Shown: positions 1-14,507, counted from the first letter of the whole stretch. The stretch is DNA of 63,242 bases, filler included, from Klebsormidium nitens (GCA_000708835.1; 7 parts of 7 records of this genome joined end to end with filler, not necessarily neighbours in it), one strand, 5' to 3'. Notes: generated by a model not told the origin, from the letters alone. A program made the numbers and translations.

Positions 1-868
1 CATATAAGGCCATTGTACTTTGTAATTCACATTTTGGAGAAGAAAATATTTTCTCCCTAAGTAACCTACTTAGGGTACATTGCTTCCGAGTGCCCGGTAA
101 ACGGATTGGTACCACTTGGGTCCGTACCGGCTCCGACTTCAGGTTTCGACCCTCGGTACGACCGTCCCGCACAACATCAGACATTTGAGTTTCCAGGGGG
201 ATGACGTGGCGTCCTGTGAGTGGCCCAAACTTAATACCGAACTTCATTTGGCTTGCTGCTCTACGTAGGCAAGCCTGACACCGTCATGCCCTTTCTGGAT
301 GCAAAATTATTGCTTTCACAGCTTGTGTGGCCGGAAGGCGCATCCTGCTGCATGCTAGCTGGTTGATCAGCACTGCCAGAATCCTCCGGCCAGCCTTCTT
401 CCTTCTCCACACTTTCTTGTGCTCACTGGACCACGCAGGCGGACGGACCAGCAGGCTCCGGATTTTATTGGAGCTTGAAGGGACAATGCAGCCAGCAATT
501 TGTATATTTATTTGTTGCAGCTTTATGCATCAAGCAGCTAGTCTATGATTCTGGTTCCCTTGATAAGACCCAGGAAAGTATCCGCATACCAGCATCGCTG
601 CGCCCGTCACTGCTTGTTACAGGGATCTGATTATCACTCGTATCAGATGCAGGAGGACTTGATTCCCTCGCGCTGACCACGATTGCCCCTGCAGCATTAC
701 GTGAAAGAAGAGAGGCAGTTACCTGCACTTTCAGTTCTGGCTCCGATCAGTGTCACGAGCAATGCAGCTTGTGCTGCTGGCAATTACCGACTGAAATCTG
801 TCCTCTAGGAGGAGAAGGGCACCTTGAAGACTTCTTACAGAGTGCCAACACTCCCCAGCAGCTTAGGC

Positions 869-2837
869 ATGGGGCCTCCGCTGCCGTTTCCTGTGAAGAC
901 TAGACAATTCAACGAGGACATCAAGGTGTGCTGAACCTTCAAGCTAGTAAGAACCTCTGTGGTAGAATCCCTACAATTGTGCTGTGTTTGGCGCTTTCTT
1001 TCTTGCTGTTTGACACAAGCGGGGAAGCACCACCTCTTGCTTGATTGAATAAGCAAATCGTGGCCTACAGAAGGAAACCATTGCTGATCTCCTCCAGCTC
1101 CGATTAAAATTGTTTCATGTCACCTTCCCCAGGGCATCAAGACGGACTTCCTGGTCAGCAGATACGAAGACTACACTGCTGTAAGTACCAAGCCACTTCT
1201 GGCAACCGCAGGATTCGTCCTATTGTCGGGCAAAAAGCTGTCGTAGCATTTACTTCGCAAGTATTCTATGGCTTGATGAAGAATATGGGGGGAAGCACAC
1301 CGCTGTCTCCACAGGGGAGCTTGTCCGCTAGCCTCTCTTATGATGGAATTGCACCGCAGAATCGGTACAATTTGTGATTCTTCTTGAAGTCCGATCAGCA
1401 GTGACGCCATCGAATCCTGTACACCACATGAAGATTCTGATCATCAGGAGCAAAGCTCTGATATTCTCTTCTAATCATGAGAACAGGAAACCTTCTCCTC
1501 ACCTCACCTGTACTAATCGGGATGGCTGTTCGAAAATGGTTGGATTTCGAGCGATCTGCCTCTATTCTGGACGCCGCCTGGGTGGAGCAAAGAGCAGCAT
1601 TCAATGAATAGTTTGTTGCAGGTTATGGTAACCCAGATCGGGAAGATGGGAACAATTCTGCAGGCAAAGAAGGAGGAGACATACGGAGGCGCCTCCACCT
1701 ACACTGTCAACACGCTTTTTGGCAAGCGAGACGAGGTGCGCGTTGCCACCCCATCAATGATGCTGAAATGTTGCTTTTTCGTAGTGCTTCTTGTATTGAT
1801 GATGCTTCGACAGTCTGTGTTTAGAAAAAGCTTTCTGTACAATGATCGACGTTCACCCTTGCAGACGGTCTTTTTGGGTCTTGCCTGAATTGACTTTCTG
1901 TGGCGGCGAGACCAGGCACATGATACGTGCCAGCAATTGATTGTTTTACAGTCTTGAAGCTAGAAAGAGAAACTGAGGTTGATTGCTGAGGTGGCCGCAC
2001 AGACGGGCACGTCGTGGTGACGTCTAGCGTCGTCAGTCTTACTGAAATCAAAGCAGTAGACCCGCTTCGGGCGGTCTGAATTGTCTAGGTGAGAATTAAT
2101 GGTACGACTTCGTCCAATCAATATTGTCAGCCAGGTCTCGGACATCCCTACAGACTCGTCCGTCGAGTGATGTCAAATCCGTGCGTACTGCTTGAGCTGT
2201 GCAGCTGGAAACCATACGCTTACTTGGTGTCCCTGTTTGTCCCCTTCTCAGCCTCTCCTTGAAGCGTGTGCCCGCCAGCTGGCCGAGAAACTCAGCGCCG
2301 GCGACTCCTCCCGAGCACTCCTCTTGTCCCTGGGACTGCGAGATCCTTCTCCTGTAAGTATCTTTCCATGTGTCCTGATGAATCTCGCGGGACGTTCTCA
2401 GACTTCCGATTGGTTTCCTTTGATCTGGTCGTCTGAGTGACGATGTACCTGACACCCGTCTTAACTTGACGTTGTGAGTAAGGCTCTGCAATCAGAATTG
2501 GAGTGGAGAGCGCTAGAAGCACTTTCGGGTCCGCTTGCACGTTGACTCTGCATAAGCAGCGCCGGGACGTTTTCGTGTGACTGGGACTAGAAAGACGACG
2601 CTTTCTACGTCGAGCAAATTCGTCTGTGTCGGCTGGAGTGATGCGCAAAAGCCATCTTGTGTTCAGGGCGTTTGCCATGACGCGGTGCAGACCCATTCCA
2701 AATTTGTGCTTTGGTCAGGTCCCCTACCAGGGATTCGGCGGGGTTGTTTTGTCATACGAGATTCTGAACCGGGTCCACGTCTCTTGCAGGAGTCTGTCCG
2801 CGAAGTTTTGAACGCGATTGTTGAGAACGCCGTGTAA
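869..2837 (+). CDS. PSMG3: Proteasome assembly chaperone 3 (PAC3), 5 exons, ~122 aa
   Basis: GT-AG exons 869-925, 1133-1180, 1622-1735, 2252-2353, 2790-2837 splice in frame: MGPPLPFPVKTRQFNEDIK|GIKTDFLVSRYEDYTA|VMVTQIGKMGTILQAKKEE..TLFGKRDE|PLLEACARQLAEKLS..LLLSLGLRDPSP|ESVREVLNAIVENAV*. TQIGxMGT, FGKRDEP and LSLGL are typical of plant PAC3. Confidence 0.9.
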
Positions 2838-5627
2838 GGACCACGAGGCTAAGCAAGCAAAGGCGGCTGATGCCAGGAATCGGACATTCGCTTGGCAACA
2901 GTCTTTCTGGGAAGATGATGAGCGATGTTTGGGATCTTTAAGCGAGGCACCTCCTCGGAAGTCTTCTCGAGGGCCCGAGCCGTGATCCTTGCCACAGCGC
3001 AAGTGCATCCGCCTCCGGATTTTGAATCGTCCATGAGTACTCTGGACGGAATGCGCTCGAGTGCATTGTCGAAACCTGGTAGGCGTCTAGCAATAGCATC
3101 GGTACGTATCCTTGCGTTGGCAAGCGGCCGTGCGTTTGCAAAGGGTTCTAAAGTCCGTTCACAATGACTGATTGACACAGTCTGGATTACTACCTGCAGC
3201 AAGTACGTTTGGATTGCAGCCTTTTACAGCTCAAGGTTGAGTGTCGGTGGCAGAACGGTTTTGGTTGTATCAATAATGTTAGGCAAAAAGATTCACTCAC
3301 AGCAATGGACCACCGCCTTCAAGTTGACGGTCGGTGAGACTACTGTGCCGAAGGGTAGTGTCTGAGTATCTGCATGAAAGTGCTAGATGTATCTGGAGCT
3401 GGTACTAATGTCATGCGCAGCAAAAGACTCACGTACAGGAGAGGATCTCTGAGCGCTGCGCGCGGGGGCCTACTTCGATATTGCCATGATCGAATTTAAA
3501 TTGTTGCATATAAATTCGGCCTCTTTCATGTTCCAGGGCGCATGCTGACGAACGAGCAATTAATTGGATCATGCACAGCATGACACACTCGCTGATGCTG
3601 TACATGATCAAACCTAGTGTACGTGGCCTGACGTGACACAATGATGCAGCTAGACGGCATGTACGTCATGAGCACTTGTGTCTAGCAAGCGTGCTAGCCT
3701 GACGTGCACTGACGTGACACTTGAAGTTCAGCATCATCGCATGCAACCGTGTTGAACCGTCTGAGTCTGTCGTCCGTACTGTTTCATGGTCAAAATCTAG
3801 ATGACTTCGTGTTGGACGTGACAGCGTCCCTTATGTGAGCGCCAGCTTGGCATGGCATGCATCATGGCCCATGCAAGCGCACCCTCCGCGCGTCGGTAAC
3901 TGTCCGACGACGGACCCATGCAGGCGGCGTTATAGGTCTTTGAAAACTGCAAGTTACTGAGCGGGACATTTGCGCGGATGTCAAAGCGAACGCGGATACT
4001 CGCGAGGGCGAGCTGGCCCGTCTTGAATCATTGAATAATATCCGATTCCAGTGACAAAGCGCAGGCCGGTAGATTTGCTTTCATACGTCCTCAGCGGCCG
4101 TAGTATATTTATGGCACAGTATTGCACAGTATTTGAATAATGTAGTAACTTGAATTTTCCGCTAGGATCAACGGCCCTCCTATGCTGCAACCAATCAGCC
4201 AGCTGAGATGCCGCCAGCTAGGCAGGCCACGTTCACTAAGTGTGTTTCGCAATGGATGCTTCAATTCCGTCACCCTTGGATTTGACGGTGGGGTGTTCGA
4301 AATGGCTCACGATGAACCAAGCTAGAGAAATCCGGAATGATATCCAGGCCACAAGCCCGACTCGAATTGACGGTAAGATTACAATCTTTCTTGTAGTGTG
4401 CGGGCTCTCCAAGTATCTGCCGTTGCATGTTCGATAGACACCTTTGCCATGCGCTCTTCACATAGTCTCGATACGGTTCGCCGTAGTATCTAGCGTACCT
4501 GCTCTACATGCATGGTTCTGCTAGTCAAATGTCAGGCACTGAAAGCGGATTCAGAACCCGGTGGGATGCTATTGGACTTGCGGATGTGGATGCTAAACGA
4601 TTTGAATTCCACTCGACTGAAAGGAGCTACCGTCTTTCGTTGATCTCCTAACCGGAGTTATTTCGCAAACCGCAAACAAATCAACACTGCAGTGCGTCTG
4701 CTCTTGGCCCGACCTGGGGCAAAAGAGCGAAAACGCTTGTTCACATGCACTATCTACTAAATTAACTACACAACCCTCTTTTCCTCGGGTACAGTTCTCT
4801 AAGCGCTAGTAACCAATGCGAGCAGTAACCTGATTTTTTGATACTTATGTTACACCTTTCAGGCGGCCGGGATGTACTTTCTGTCTATGGTACACTTCGC
4901 AGCAGCCTCCGCCACGCCGCACCTCTCCCTATTGAGTATCATGCAATTACTGCAAATGGACACCTGCAGAATTATACAGCATATGGAGTAATCTGTACAA
5001 ATGGCTCCAGCCCTTGCTTGAATTGGCGTCATTTCGTCCTCACGCCGCTGCTGGGGCCTCCAGCGGACGTAGCGGCGGGCCTCCTCGGCATCCATTCGCT
5101 TTTCCCGGGGACTCAGGACAGCTTTCAAACCGTCCCGGGGTTTGTCAAACCCGCACAAAGTAAACTCCGTCCCCCCGGCTCCCTTAAGGGCAACCTGCTG
5201 TCGTTTGCAGTCTCCCGCCCACGCAAGGAATCTGGGAAATGCGCCTCAGTCGAGAGGTTTTTCCCGCCTCCCTCAACTCATCCCCGTTCGTATCCAAGCC
5301 TAATCGTGCGTGGACTCTTTGGAACTCAGATTCTGCCTTTTGAAACCCTCCATCCAAATCAAACGTCTCAATGCAAGTCCAGCTTTCTGAGTGCGGACCT
5401 TTTGTTTCCCAATCCAGCTCGGACCTTGTTCTTCAACTCGAACCCAATTCTCTCAACCCAAACCCGCTTTCTCGACCCAACACAAGTTTCTTAACCCCGT
5501 TTCTCTCTCTGACCCCACTCGGCTCCCTCTCCTTCCACGACTCGAACTCGGCTGTCCTCACCGGGATGTTTAACATGACCAGACATCCTCGATTCAAATC
5601 CGGGTTCTCAACCTTAACCGGCCCCCG

Positions 5628-6761
5628 TTACCCAAACCCAGCCGGTGCAATCTGCTCGTCCGCAATCATCTCCACCCCCTTGCCAACGACCACGTGCGTG
5701 ATGACCTGATTGCACCCCGGGGCGGGGCACCGGTAACCACTGAGCACTCGCACGCACGCCGGACCGCATGTGTCGCAGGCCTGCAGAAGATTGACTGAAC
5801 TTTATTCAAGTGGAATAGTCAGTACATTGTTACCATGTTACTCGTCAGTGAATCCCTTTGGGGGTTTTCGTGGATATGGCCTTCGCTACATGTGCGAGGC
5901 TGCTCTTAGCAACGCCTGAGGTGCACGGAACATAAAACTAAAGAAAGAAAATCATAAGCCAAGATAATGATAAGCTCCGACTATCACTCCGACTAAAATC
6001 CTAAGCCAAAAAGACACCCGCTCCACACTCCTACCAACCCTAACCACCAAATCAACCCTGCCCGTCCCAGTGCGAAGGTTACCTTGTTATTGTCTCGCTT
6101 ACAATCATCTTTCCTGAGTTTGATGCAAGGAACTCCACCAAGGGGGCCTCGAGCATTGAAGAGACACGGGCAGTTTCGCGAGTGTTCAGGTATACCATGT
6201 TGGCACCTCCGAAGTTCCAAAAGGAAGGAGAAGCCCGTAGGAATCGAAGTACAAACAGAGTCACTAAGTATAAAGAACAAATAGCCCCCATGTTGTTGAC
6301 CCGCTCATTAATATACAGACACAACAGATGATCACAGGACACACAATCGCAGGGACTTAGAAAGCTGTTCAAGAAAGGAAAAGAAAGGCTGACAAAGAAC
6401 ATACAATAGCAGGGACCCAGAAAGCTGTTCATGAAAGGGAAGAAAGGCTGACAAAGGAAGCAGGTGTTGTTTCAATGAACAAGCGGGTGGCAGATGGGTC
6501 TGCAAAGACCACCGCAGACGGTCTCACCATCATGTGTCTGCAGGGCAGGAAGATGACGCACTTGGCGCGTTCGATGCACATCGTGCACAGGAGCTTCTCC
6601 TGGACCTCCCTCTGGTCTTGCTCAGCCTCGCGACGCCGGCGCTGCTCAGAAAAGAGCCTTTGGTAAAGGGAATGCAGTACGGTCTCAAACGTGGCGGGTG
6701 GGGCTTCTGGCGGGGTGGGCATGGGCGGCGGGAGTGGGCGGGTTTGGGCAGAGGTATGGAC
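5628..6761 (-). CDS. RING-HC zinc-finger protein with a preceding coiled coil (last two exons; 5' exons unresolved)
   Basis: Exon from 6761 gives ..EQRRRREAEQDQREVQEKLLCTMCIERAKCVIFLPCRHMM, donor gtgaga. Exon 5780-5628 gives ACDTCGPACVRVLSGYRCPAPGCNQVITHVVVGKG..GFG*. Splicing completes the RING (CxxC..PCxH..CxxC..CPxxGC). Confidence 0.75.
6341..6457. repeat. Imperfect 60-bp tandem duplication in the RING gene intron
   Basis: acacaatcgcagggacttagaaagctgttcaagaaagg.. recurs at +60 as atacaatagcagggacccagaaagctgttcatgaaagg.. Confidence 0.8.
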
Positions 6762-9700
6762 CTAAGGAGAATTGATTGAAGTGAGTAGGGACTTGGGGCG
6801 ATTATCATCAAGGAGCGAGATGCACTGGTACAGAAAGGTCGGAGTTGAGAGGATGGTGCAGATCAGGTGTAAGCAGACGGAAACGAAACATATAAGCAGG
6901 GGCATGACCAGTGAGAGATTCAATCAATGAGGGATCTTGATATTTGCAACCGAGCAGAAGGATGGAATGGTGTGAATGAGCAACTGGTGTTTATGGTGCG
7001 CGGGTGCAGACCTGGCAAGAAGGTGGGGATGAAGTGGCAGTGGTTGACCTGAAGGAAACCCTAAGGAGAGAAGTGCTCATTATCATCACAAGAAGTGGTT
7101 TTGACTGGAAGTGAGAAGAGACAAGGGAGTTGCACAGGCTGTGTGAACCCTAGAGCGAGGGCCAGAAGAAAAGCTGACGACTCCTCTACACTTTCAGGAC
7201 TCTGCTTTGGCAGACTTTGCGAGAAAAGTTGCAATCCTGGTCCAGGATTGCTTAGGCACTGCCAGTGTATGCTGAGATAAAGCCTGTAGTCTTCTTGGTA
7301 TGTGCAGGCAAACAGATAACTTGGCAGATCAGGAGTGCTACATGGCCTTGTATTTCCGAAGCCTGTGATGACTTACAAATGCAGAATCTTTATTAGGTAC
7401 CTTGAGAGTACCTCTCTAATACTCTCTTAAGAGACTCTGCTTTGCAAGATGCGACTTGTGGACAGAAACGACAGATTGACTGGAATAGGATTGACATCAG
7501 CAATATTCTGGTGGGGTGTATCTATTTCACAAAAGCATAGAGAGAACGTTGAGGATGACACACAAACATTCATGGAAGAAGAGAGGTTGATGTTACACAC
7601 AAACACACTCTGCTCGGACGATCCCAAGAAATGATTGCAAGAACAAAAGCATGCAGTGAAAAGGTTTATTGGCAAAGAATCACTAGTCCCCGTTCTCATG
7701 TGAAGTATACTATAGCTACTTATACAGACATGGGAGCGGGACACCTTTGAAGCAGCCAAGTATGCATGTTTGGAGAATCAATGGGAGGAAACAACTTGTC
7801 GATTCTTAAAGCCCAAGCTAGCTGTGCAGGTTGCGATCCATCAGCCTTCGCCCAATCCGGCTCTTAAGGCAGCAGCACAAATCCCACTGTAAAACTTTGT
7901 GGCATTTTTGGAAAACCAGAGAGAACAAGACCAGATGTCCAGAGTTTGTGGAGAACCCGGAAAGTCCAGTCTTATTACCTCTGCCATGCCAGGTCCGCAG
8001 ACTGCTCTGATGCTCCTGTGCTTCTTTCACAATCAGAGTTCCAATATTTACCTGCAAAGCAATGCCTTGAGTCCATCAAAAGCTGACAAATTAGATTCAC
8101 AAATGAGGACGCCAATAGCACCTCAGGATGGATACAGACGTCTGAAAATGCGCGCAATAAAGACTTCATAACACAGAGGTTCTTGCTTCTTCACTCCGCT
8201 GGAAAGCAGGTTCCTGCTGATTCGTGTCCCCTTTCATCGCATTCACATGTGGCCAATTCAGCTGGCAACCCTTCCTGTTTCCTGCCAGTAACTCCTAGCA
8301 TGAGCAACATTGCCTTGTTTTCACCAAATGCCTCCTCCCAAACTCCTAGCTAGTGAAGCTCTGAAACTCACATTCACGTTGTGGAGCCGCTTGGCACCTG
8401 GAAAAAGTAGGTCCGGATTCCTTGGCTGAACACGCCGAACCCCGCACACTTCCGCACGGCTAGGGTTTCTCAGCGGCGGCAGCCTAAGGAGACCAGAAAC
8501 ACCCTCCCGCTTGGTGCAAAGACCAAATCTTCACTTATCGCCACACCTGCCAGTGCACGCGGCGCCTGTGCAACCTATGCGATTGTGCTTCCTGAAAAGA
8601 GCGTGCTAATGCGTGGCAGGAATGCAGGACGCGGAACGCTGTGGACAGATTATAGGGTTTGGGCAATCGCTCAAAGCTGGCAATTCTGCGTGGCGCGCCT
8701 CCACCGTGTTTTGTTTGGCTCTGCATATGTGCAGCGAGCTATCCCTTGTCGAAGGTGCTTGGAAGGTGGCCCCGGCCCTAGCTCGGGATGTTTTAGGAAT
8801 CATAAGGGCCAGGTACTTATAATAAGCTCACCAGCCTGGGGCGGGTGGGGTTAGTTTGGGGGTTAGGGTGGGTACGGGTGCGGAGCGGGTCGATTGTTGG
8901 GTTAGGGTTTTCGTGTTAGTTGGAGCTTATTATACCTGGTTCTTATTATACCTAAATCAGTTCGCCATCCCGGCCCTGGCCCTGGGCCTTATGATCCAGC
9001 AACTGCATGTCAGACCAAGGCCAGGTTGCGTACCAGTCAGGCCACGCGCCAATAGGATTGAAGAATCGTCGATTGAAAAGATCGGACGGTGAAGACGACC
9101 TCGGTAACGTGACCGTCAAGGATTCAATTCTGCGATGATGTTGATGTCAACATCCACAGCCCACTACGGTATGATGATTACCGGTTCCGGTCGCCAACCA
9201 CTGGCATCGGAATCCGAATTCCGGGCAGGCGAGCAGGCAAACTGCGCCACAACCGCGGTCAAAGACGCGTCAAGACATGCAATTGCTCGGCTAAGCGTAC
9301 CCGTATTGCCAAGATTGGGCCGCGCATAGATTATTGGTTGCATATGTATACTCTTTGCTGGCACCAATTTGTGCACCTGAGGCTGCGGTGAGCTGTTTAC
9401 CAACCATGAATCTACCTAGTACCGGTGAACCGGTAATAGCTATCGAAGCATAAGATGAGGGAACACACACTGCCACATAGGTATATTCATGCCATGAGCC
9501 TGAAGCCTACGGCCGAACTGGCTACGGCGTGTTTGAAACTAGAGACCATCATTCGGAGTCCACTCACTCGATTCTACAGTATCTGGAAGTATGTAACAAC
9601 ATCAGGTGAAACACGAGCAAGTTAATGAAGACATGAAGATTTTCACCTAAGTTGATACAAGTTTGATTGAATCAACCGCTTACTCAGGATCCATAATGCT

Positions 9701-10603
9701 ACCGTCCGATCAATATCTAGATGTACCTTCCTTGTCATAAGAATCAATTCAAACGTGCCGGCTGACTTTGCACGAGCCAGCCCTTGCATGTTTGCGCTCT
9801 GTTGCGATTTGCACAAAATACGCCCAGATTACGCTTTATGCTTGAGGGGCAAAGCCACCCCTGTTGCCGGGAACACCCGGTCGCCATTGATGATGCACTT
9901 CGAACTTGTCCGGATCTGCAAAACAAACATGAGAGGGAGGTCGGCAAAGTGAACTCAGAAGCTACTGATTTGTTTGTTGAATTCTGAAGATGCTCCGATA
10001 AGCGGCTATCAAAAGCCTCGAGCTCGGTCGGAAGAAAGCCTTCGACAACGTGGATCATCACAAGGTAACACAGAGTGTGTGTCATCCTCTGATACTACTC
10101 GTTGACTTGTCCGTTCGAGCAACTGCCTCTAACACCCCCAATGAACCTTGTGAATGCACGTTTGCAGAAACACGTCACAGCGACGTCATTACGAAAACGC
10201 CACAGAGAACGAAAGAAACTGATCAATGACTCCCACTTGCTTCTGACGGGGCAGCAGCAACTTTCTCGGCCCGAGTCTTGGACCTCGTCACACCAAGAAA
10301 ACAAACTCGCGACTTCCAAACGGAAGAATGAGTGCTGCAGTGGCGACTGGAACAACGGCCAAAAGACCGCGAGGTCCTCATCCTCGTGAAGAAATCACTT
10401 TGCGAGTTCGTCGCGCATGCCTTCCAAAAATGCTCACTGCTTACATTGGATGCAGCTCCTAAGAAACATCCTTTGAAAAAGCTCCGACATCTAGCAAAAC
10501 ATATCGACAATGCTGACCGACCCGAAGAGCAATCAGCAACTCCAAAAAAAGGGAACTCAAAGTGGGCCGCATTCTCCCAACAAGCACCACAGTCGTTGCT
10601 TAC

Positions 10604-13600
10604 CTTATCTTCGGCCGTTCTTTTCACCTCCCCCTTGTCAAGGCCTCCAAAGCCGGGCTTCGCTAAGGCAGCGGCCGCCAAGCGCTTCCGCAGTTTGCTC
10701 AGCTTAATGCCCTTGAGCCCCACCTGCGAAGAACAATGGAAAGAAAAGATCATTGCAGATCGTTTTTGGACGCTGCATCATAGAGAATCTAATGAGATTC
10801 GTCTCGAGTTTCTTCCTGAGTGCAGTTCTTGGTACTGCAACAAGTAGCAAAGATGCGGATCATCATGGTCAAAGGCCGAATCACAATCAATGAACTAGAC
10901 TGATCGTTTCAATTTCGCAAACCCTGTTGCTTCTCGATCTTCAAGCGTTGTCATTGAAAACAGTTGCAAATTCAAAACATCGAAGGAAGGTCAAAACTTG
11001 CATTACGCCAAATAGCCAGAGACAAGCTGAATTCCCCGCACTCTACGGTCGTTGCCAAACCTTCTCTCAGAACACTTCTTGCCAACGTTGCTACCATGAA
11101 ACAACATTGAGGAAGGAAACAAAAGAGCCGCCCCAACACGATGTCCACTAGCTTTTCCTCGCCCCTCACCTCCTCAAGTTCCTTCATCAGCAATTTCTTC
11201 CACTTGATCGCCCCCACCCCCGCTTGCTCCCCTTCGTTTGCCCCCGCACCGGCCCCCTCCTTCCGAAACTCCCTATCTTTGGCATCCGCCCTCCTCGTCT
11301 TATCCTCAATCGACAGAATGTTTCCGTTCCCCACCAAGTCCTCGTCTCTCGCCCCCCGCACCGCTTCTAAAACGTCATTGTAGCTGGTGACAGCTGGCGC
11401 TTTGTCATTGGCCGCCGAGGGCGCCTCGGCAATTCCTTCTTCGCTCCCGTTGTCATCGTCAAAGTTGACCTTGCTTCCCTTCCAGCGCGCGCCGGCCACC
11501 TTCTTGGGCTGGCTGCCAATCCCAAGGCCCTGTTTCCCACTGGTCTTTTTGTCCTGCGGGACGAAGGGGCACAACATAAGTGAAACCGAGAAGCAGATGC
11601 TGAGTCAGTGTCCAGGGGCGGACGAACTAGGGGCCCCTGAATCCGTTTCCTCATACGGCAAGAGCAGAATGCAAGTCAGTGTCAAGGGGCGAAAGAACTA
11701 TCCTCTAGAGGCCCTGATTCTGCTCTCTCTCGGAGACAAGCAGAATACGAAGATGGAAAGAAGGCTAGGTGCCTAAGTTTTTACAGAAACCGTGGCTGCA
11801 ATTCAAGGATGGGGAGGATCGATCAAACAGAAAAAGACTATCTATGCCAGAAAGATGGAGAAGGTGCGTCGTCAAGGCTACAATTCTTCTTTACAGTAGT
11901 CCTTTTCTTTCACTCGTACGGAGCTCATAACGTCTGTGGCATGCCAACGTCAAGGCAAACAGGTTTCCCGTCATCCACCGACGAGCCCAGCATAGCCTTT
12001 CACAAATCATCGACCCCAAGGCTGTGTCAGAAGCGAATGTCATTGAGCACCAACCAGACCACCAATTGGACAACTCCAGCTCGGGTCAGAATCTGGAAAT
12101 GCAAGACGCAAACGCCGATTGACTGGCCATCGATCGGCCCCCTGCTCATACCTGCACCAGGTTATACAGGTCCTCTTGATCCTGCTCCAAGAATCCCCGC
12201 TTCGCCTCGTCCCCAGTCTCTTTCTTCTTTTGCTTTTCTCCAAGCCCTCCCCCTCGCACGAACCCGTATTTGTGGCCCCACCAGTCTGGACTCTCTGCCA
12301 GACTTCTGGAAGCTGCATCGGCACCCCCCCCGACACCTGCCGTGCTCGCGGTGACAGCTGTCGTGCTCGTTGTAACAACCGTCACGCTAGTATTCGTACC
12401 GACTGCGGTCTCAATTTTCTCGGTTGCAGTTTCGTTTTTGACTGAGAGGATCTGGTCCTCGCTCGGCGAATTCTCTTTGCTGTCGCGTGACTTCTTCTTC
12501 ATTTTCTTTACTACGACCGTATCTTCTGTCTCCTCTTCGGTTATGGTAACCCGGGTTGCTCCCATGTCTGCCACAGGCAGCTCCACCTTGAGCGACGATG
12601 GCTGGCCGCCCTGTAAGCAGATACTTCTTTTAGGGTTTGAAGTTTAGGGTTCCAACCTCCAGGATCCAAGCTCCACGAGCTAGGATAGGAGAACTCAAAA
12701 ACCAATGTTTTCAGAGGTAAATCCAAGAAATGTGCTTGAGAGGCCTTTTATTGATGCCAGGGATTTGAACGGTGTCAACAAATGCAGGCGGCGCGACCAA
12801 GCAGCAACTCAAGGTCGGCATTGGAAACTTCCACATCACAAATGGCACAAACATCTGGCAATCTGCAGGACCGACCTTCAAAATTGACCTCTCAATCAGC
12901 TCAGTGAAACTTATTCTTTACATTTGCGGTTGAGAACTTAGATCAGCCAAGTGCCAACATGTCAGGCTTAAAGCTATTCCATTTGGCGACAAGATCCACA
13001 TTGTGCATCCATTTCATTGTACATTTATTGTACATCGCGACCACCTTACCATCTCATTTATAGCCTCCAGACAAGATGAGCCTTCACACTATCAAACCTC
13101 AGACCTGTGGCTGTGCTGCCCGCTCCAAATACACAAACAGGAAGTGGTAACGGTCACACAATGCAACATCAGGCAGAAGTAAGCAAGTAGATGCTTCTAT
13201 ACTGACGCTGCAATGGTTGGAGCCAAAGCTCACCAAAATTTCCTGCAAGTGGTGGCTTGCATAGCCCGCCACCGCTTTTGACGCCTCCCGCTTCTTGTAC
13301 CGCCCCACGTGCCGCGCCAGCTTCCTCGGCTGCTTTTCCTCCGCCTCTAGCTCTTTCACCTCTTCCTTTACACTCTTCCTCTTCTTTGACTTTCTCCCCA
13401 CTTCTTCGCCCTCGCCATCGACCTTCTGCTTCTTGCTCTTCTTGACCACTTTCTCCGCATCTTCTGACTCACTGTCATTCTGCTCCGCCCCGCTTGTCCG
13501 CTCCCCCGCACTCTTGACCGTCAGATTCGCCAGGATCCGGTCATAGATAGACGTGTTGATCGTCCAATCCGCAGCCTGCTTCTTTGCCTCAGCTAAACCG

Positions 13601-13776
13601 ACCCCGGATTGCTCAACATTCTTCCGGACTCGAATGTGCGTCTTAATGCCCTGCTTCTCCTTCCCCAGCCCCATACCTTCCTCCCACCCCATCTGCTTCA
13701 GCAGCTTAAAGGCAAAGTCATTGCGAGCAACCCCCTGGAAGAGCTTCGGCCCCTCGGAGACGCTTGAGGCCGCCAT
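10604..13776 (-). CDS. G-patch domain nucleolar protein (PinX1/plant GDP1-like); final exon unresolved
   Basis: N-terminal G-patch FAFKLLKQMGWEEGMGLGKEKQGIKTHIRV. In-frame exons 13776-13234, 12610-12152 (WWGHKYGFVRGGGLG..FLEQDQEDLYNLVQ), 11553-11170 (DKKTSGKQGLG..KWKKLLMKELEE), 10723-10604 (IKLSKLRKRL..); lysine-rich. Confidence 0.85.
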
Positions 13777-14507
13777 TTTGGACAGGAGAACGCGATTCAG
13801 CTGTGTGGCTCAGGGCGCCTTTCTTCTTTCTTCGCGTTCCTAAGAGGAATTGATGGAACACTCACAGATGCGAGTTCATAATCACGGCAGTCCAAGCTCA
13901 GCAGGCTCAGAACGGCAATGGTTCTGGACCTCTGTGGTAACGGTTGTACTTGCGATGGGGTCTCAGCTTGTGCCGCAATGTGCGCGAGCAACCCAGCAGT
14001 TTCCGATCGGGACTTGTGGGACGTAGAAAGTACGGTAGAGCTGTAGACACTCCTTAGACACGGTTGACATGAGCGTAAGATACAAGCTCGATACAAGCCG
14101 CTGCGCCAGTATGTATAGTACCAAGTCTATTAGGCATCTGAACGCATTCAACGAAGTCCAGCTACCGTATCTGCAACGCTGCGCGGCCGGGCACTACTCG
14201 GTCAATCTCGTATAGGTAGGTACGTATTTGGAGTTGGCTGGCAACAGGGTACCAAAACTTCAGACTCTATCCTTTGAAGCGTTCACTTGAATGCAAGAAA
14301 CACTCTCCTTGCTTGATCGATTGCTCAAACCGGATCGATTGCTCAAACCTTTCAAAGCATCCAGGCACTAGGACTCTTAAAACTGTGCAGCTTTTGACAC
14401 GTTTCATCCTTGGTAGACGGAGCGCTAATGCAGGCAACCTGCTGATCTACTTCAAGCTGGCACGCCTAGAGCTGGTTCGGTGGGGTTGCTAAGAAAAGCA
14501 TACCAGA

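Noticed and set aside
3430-3960. Region rich in CATG/TGCA/ACGT/CTAG tetramers
   Set aside because: No periodicity, termini or second copy found; may be promoter sequence or decayed repeat.
5990-8910. Telomere-like aaccctaa/ttagggtt patches at ~5990-6060 and ~8850-8910
   Set aside because: Short, degenerate and not tandem; compatible with telo-box or low-complexity intron/promoter sequence, not an interstitial telomere.
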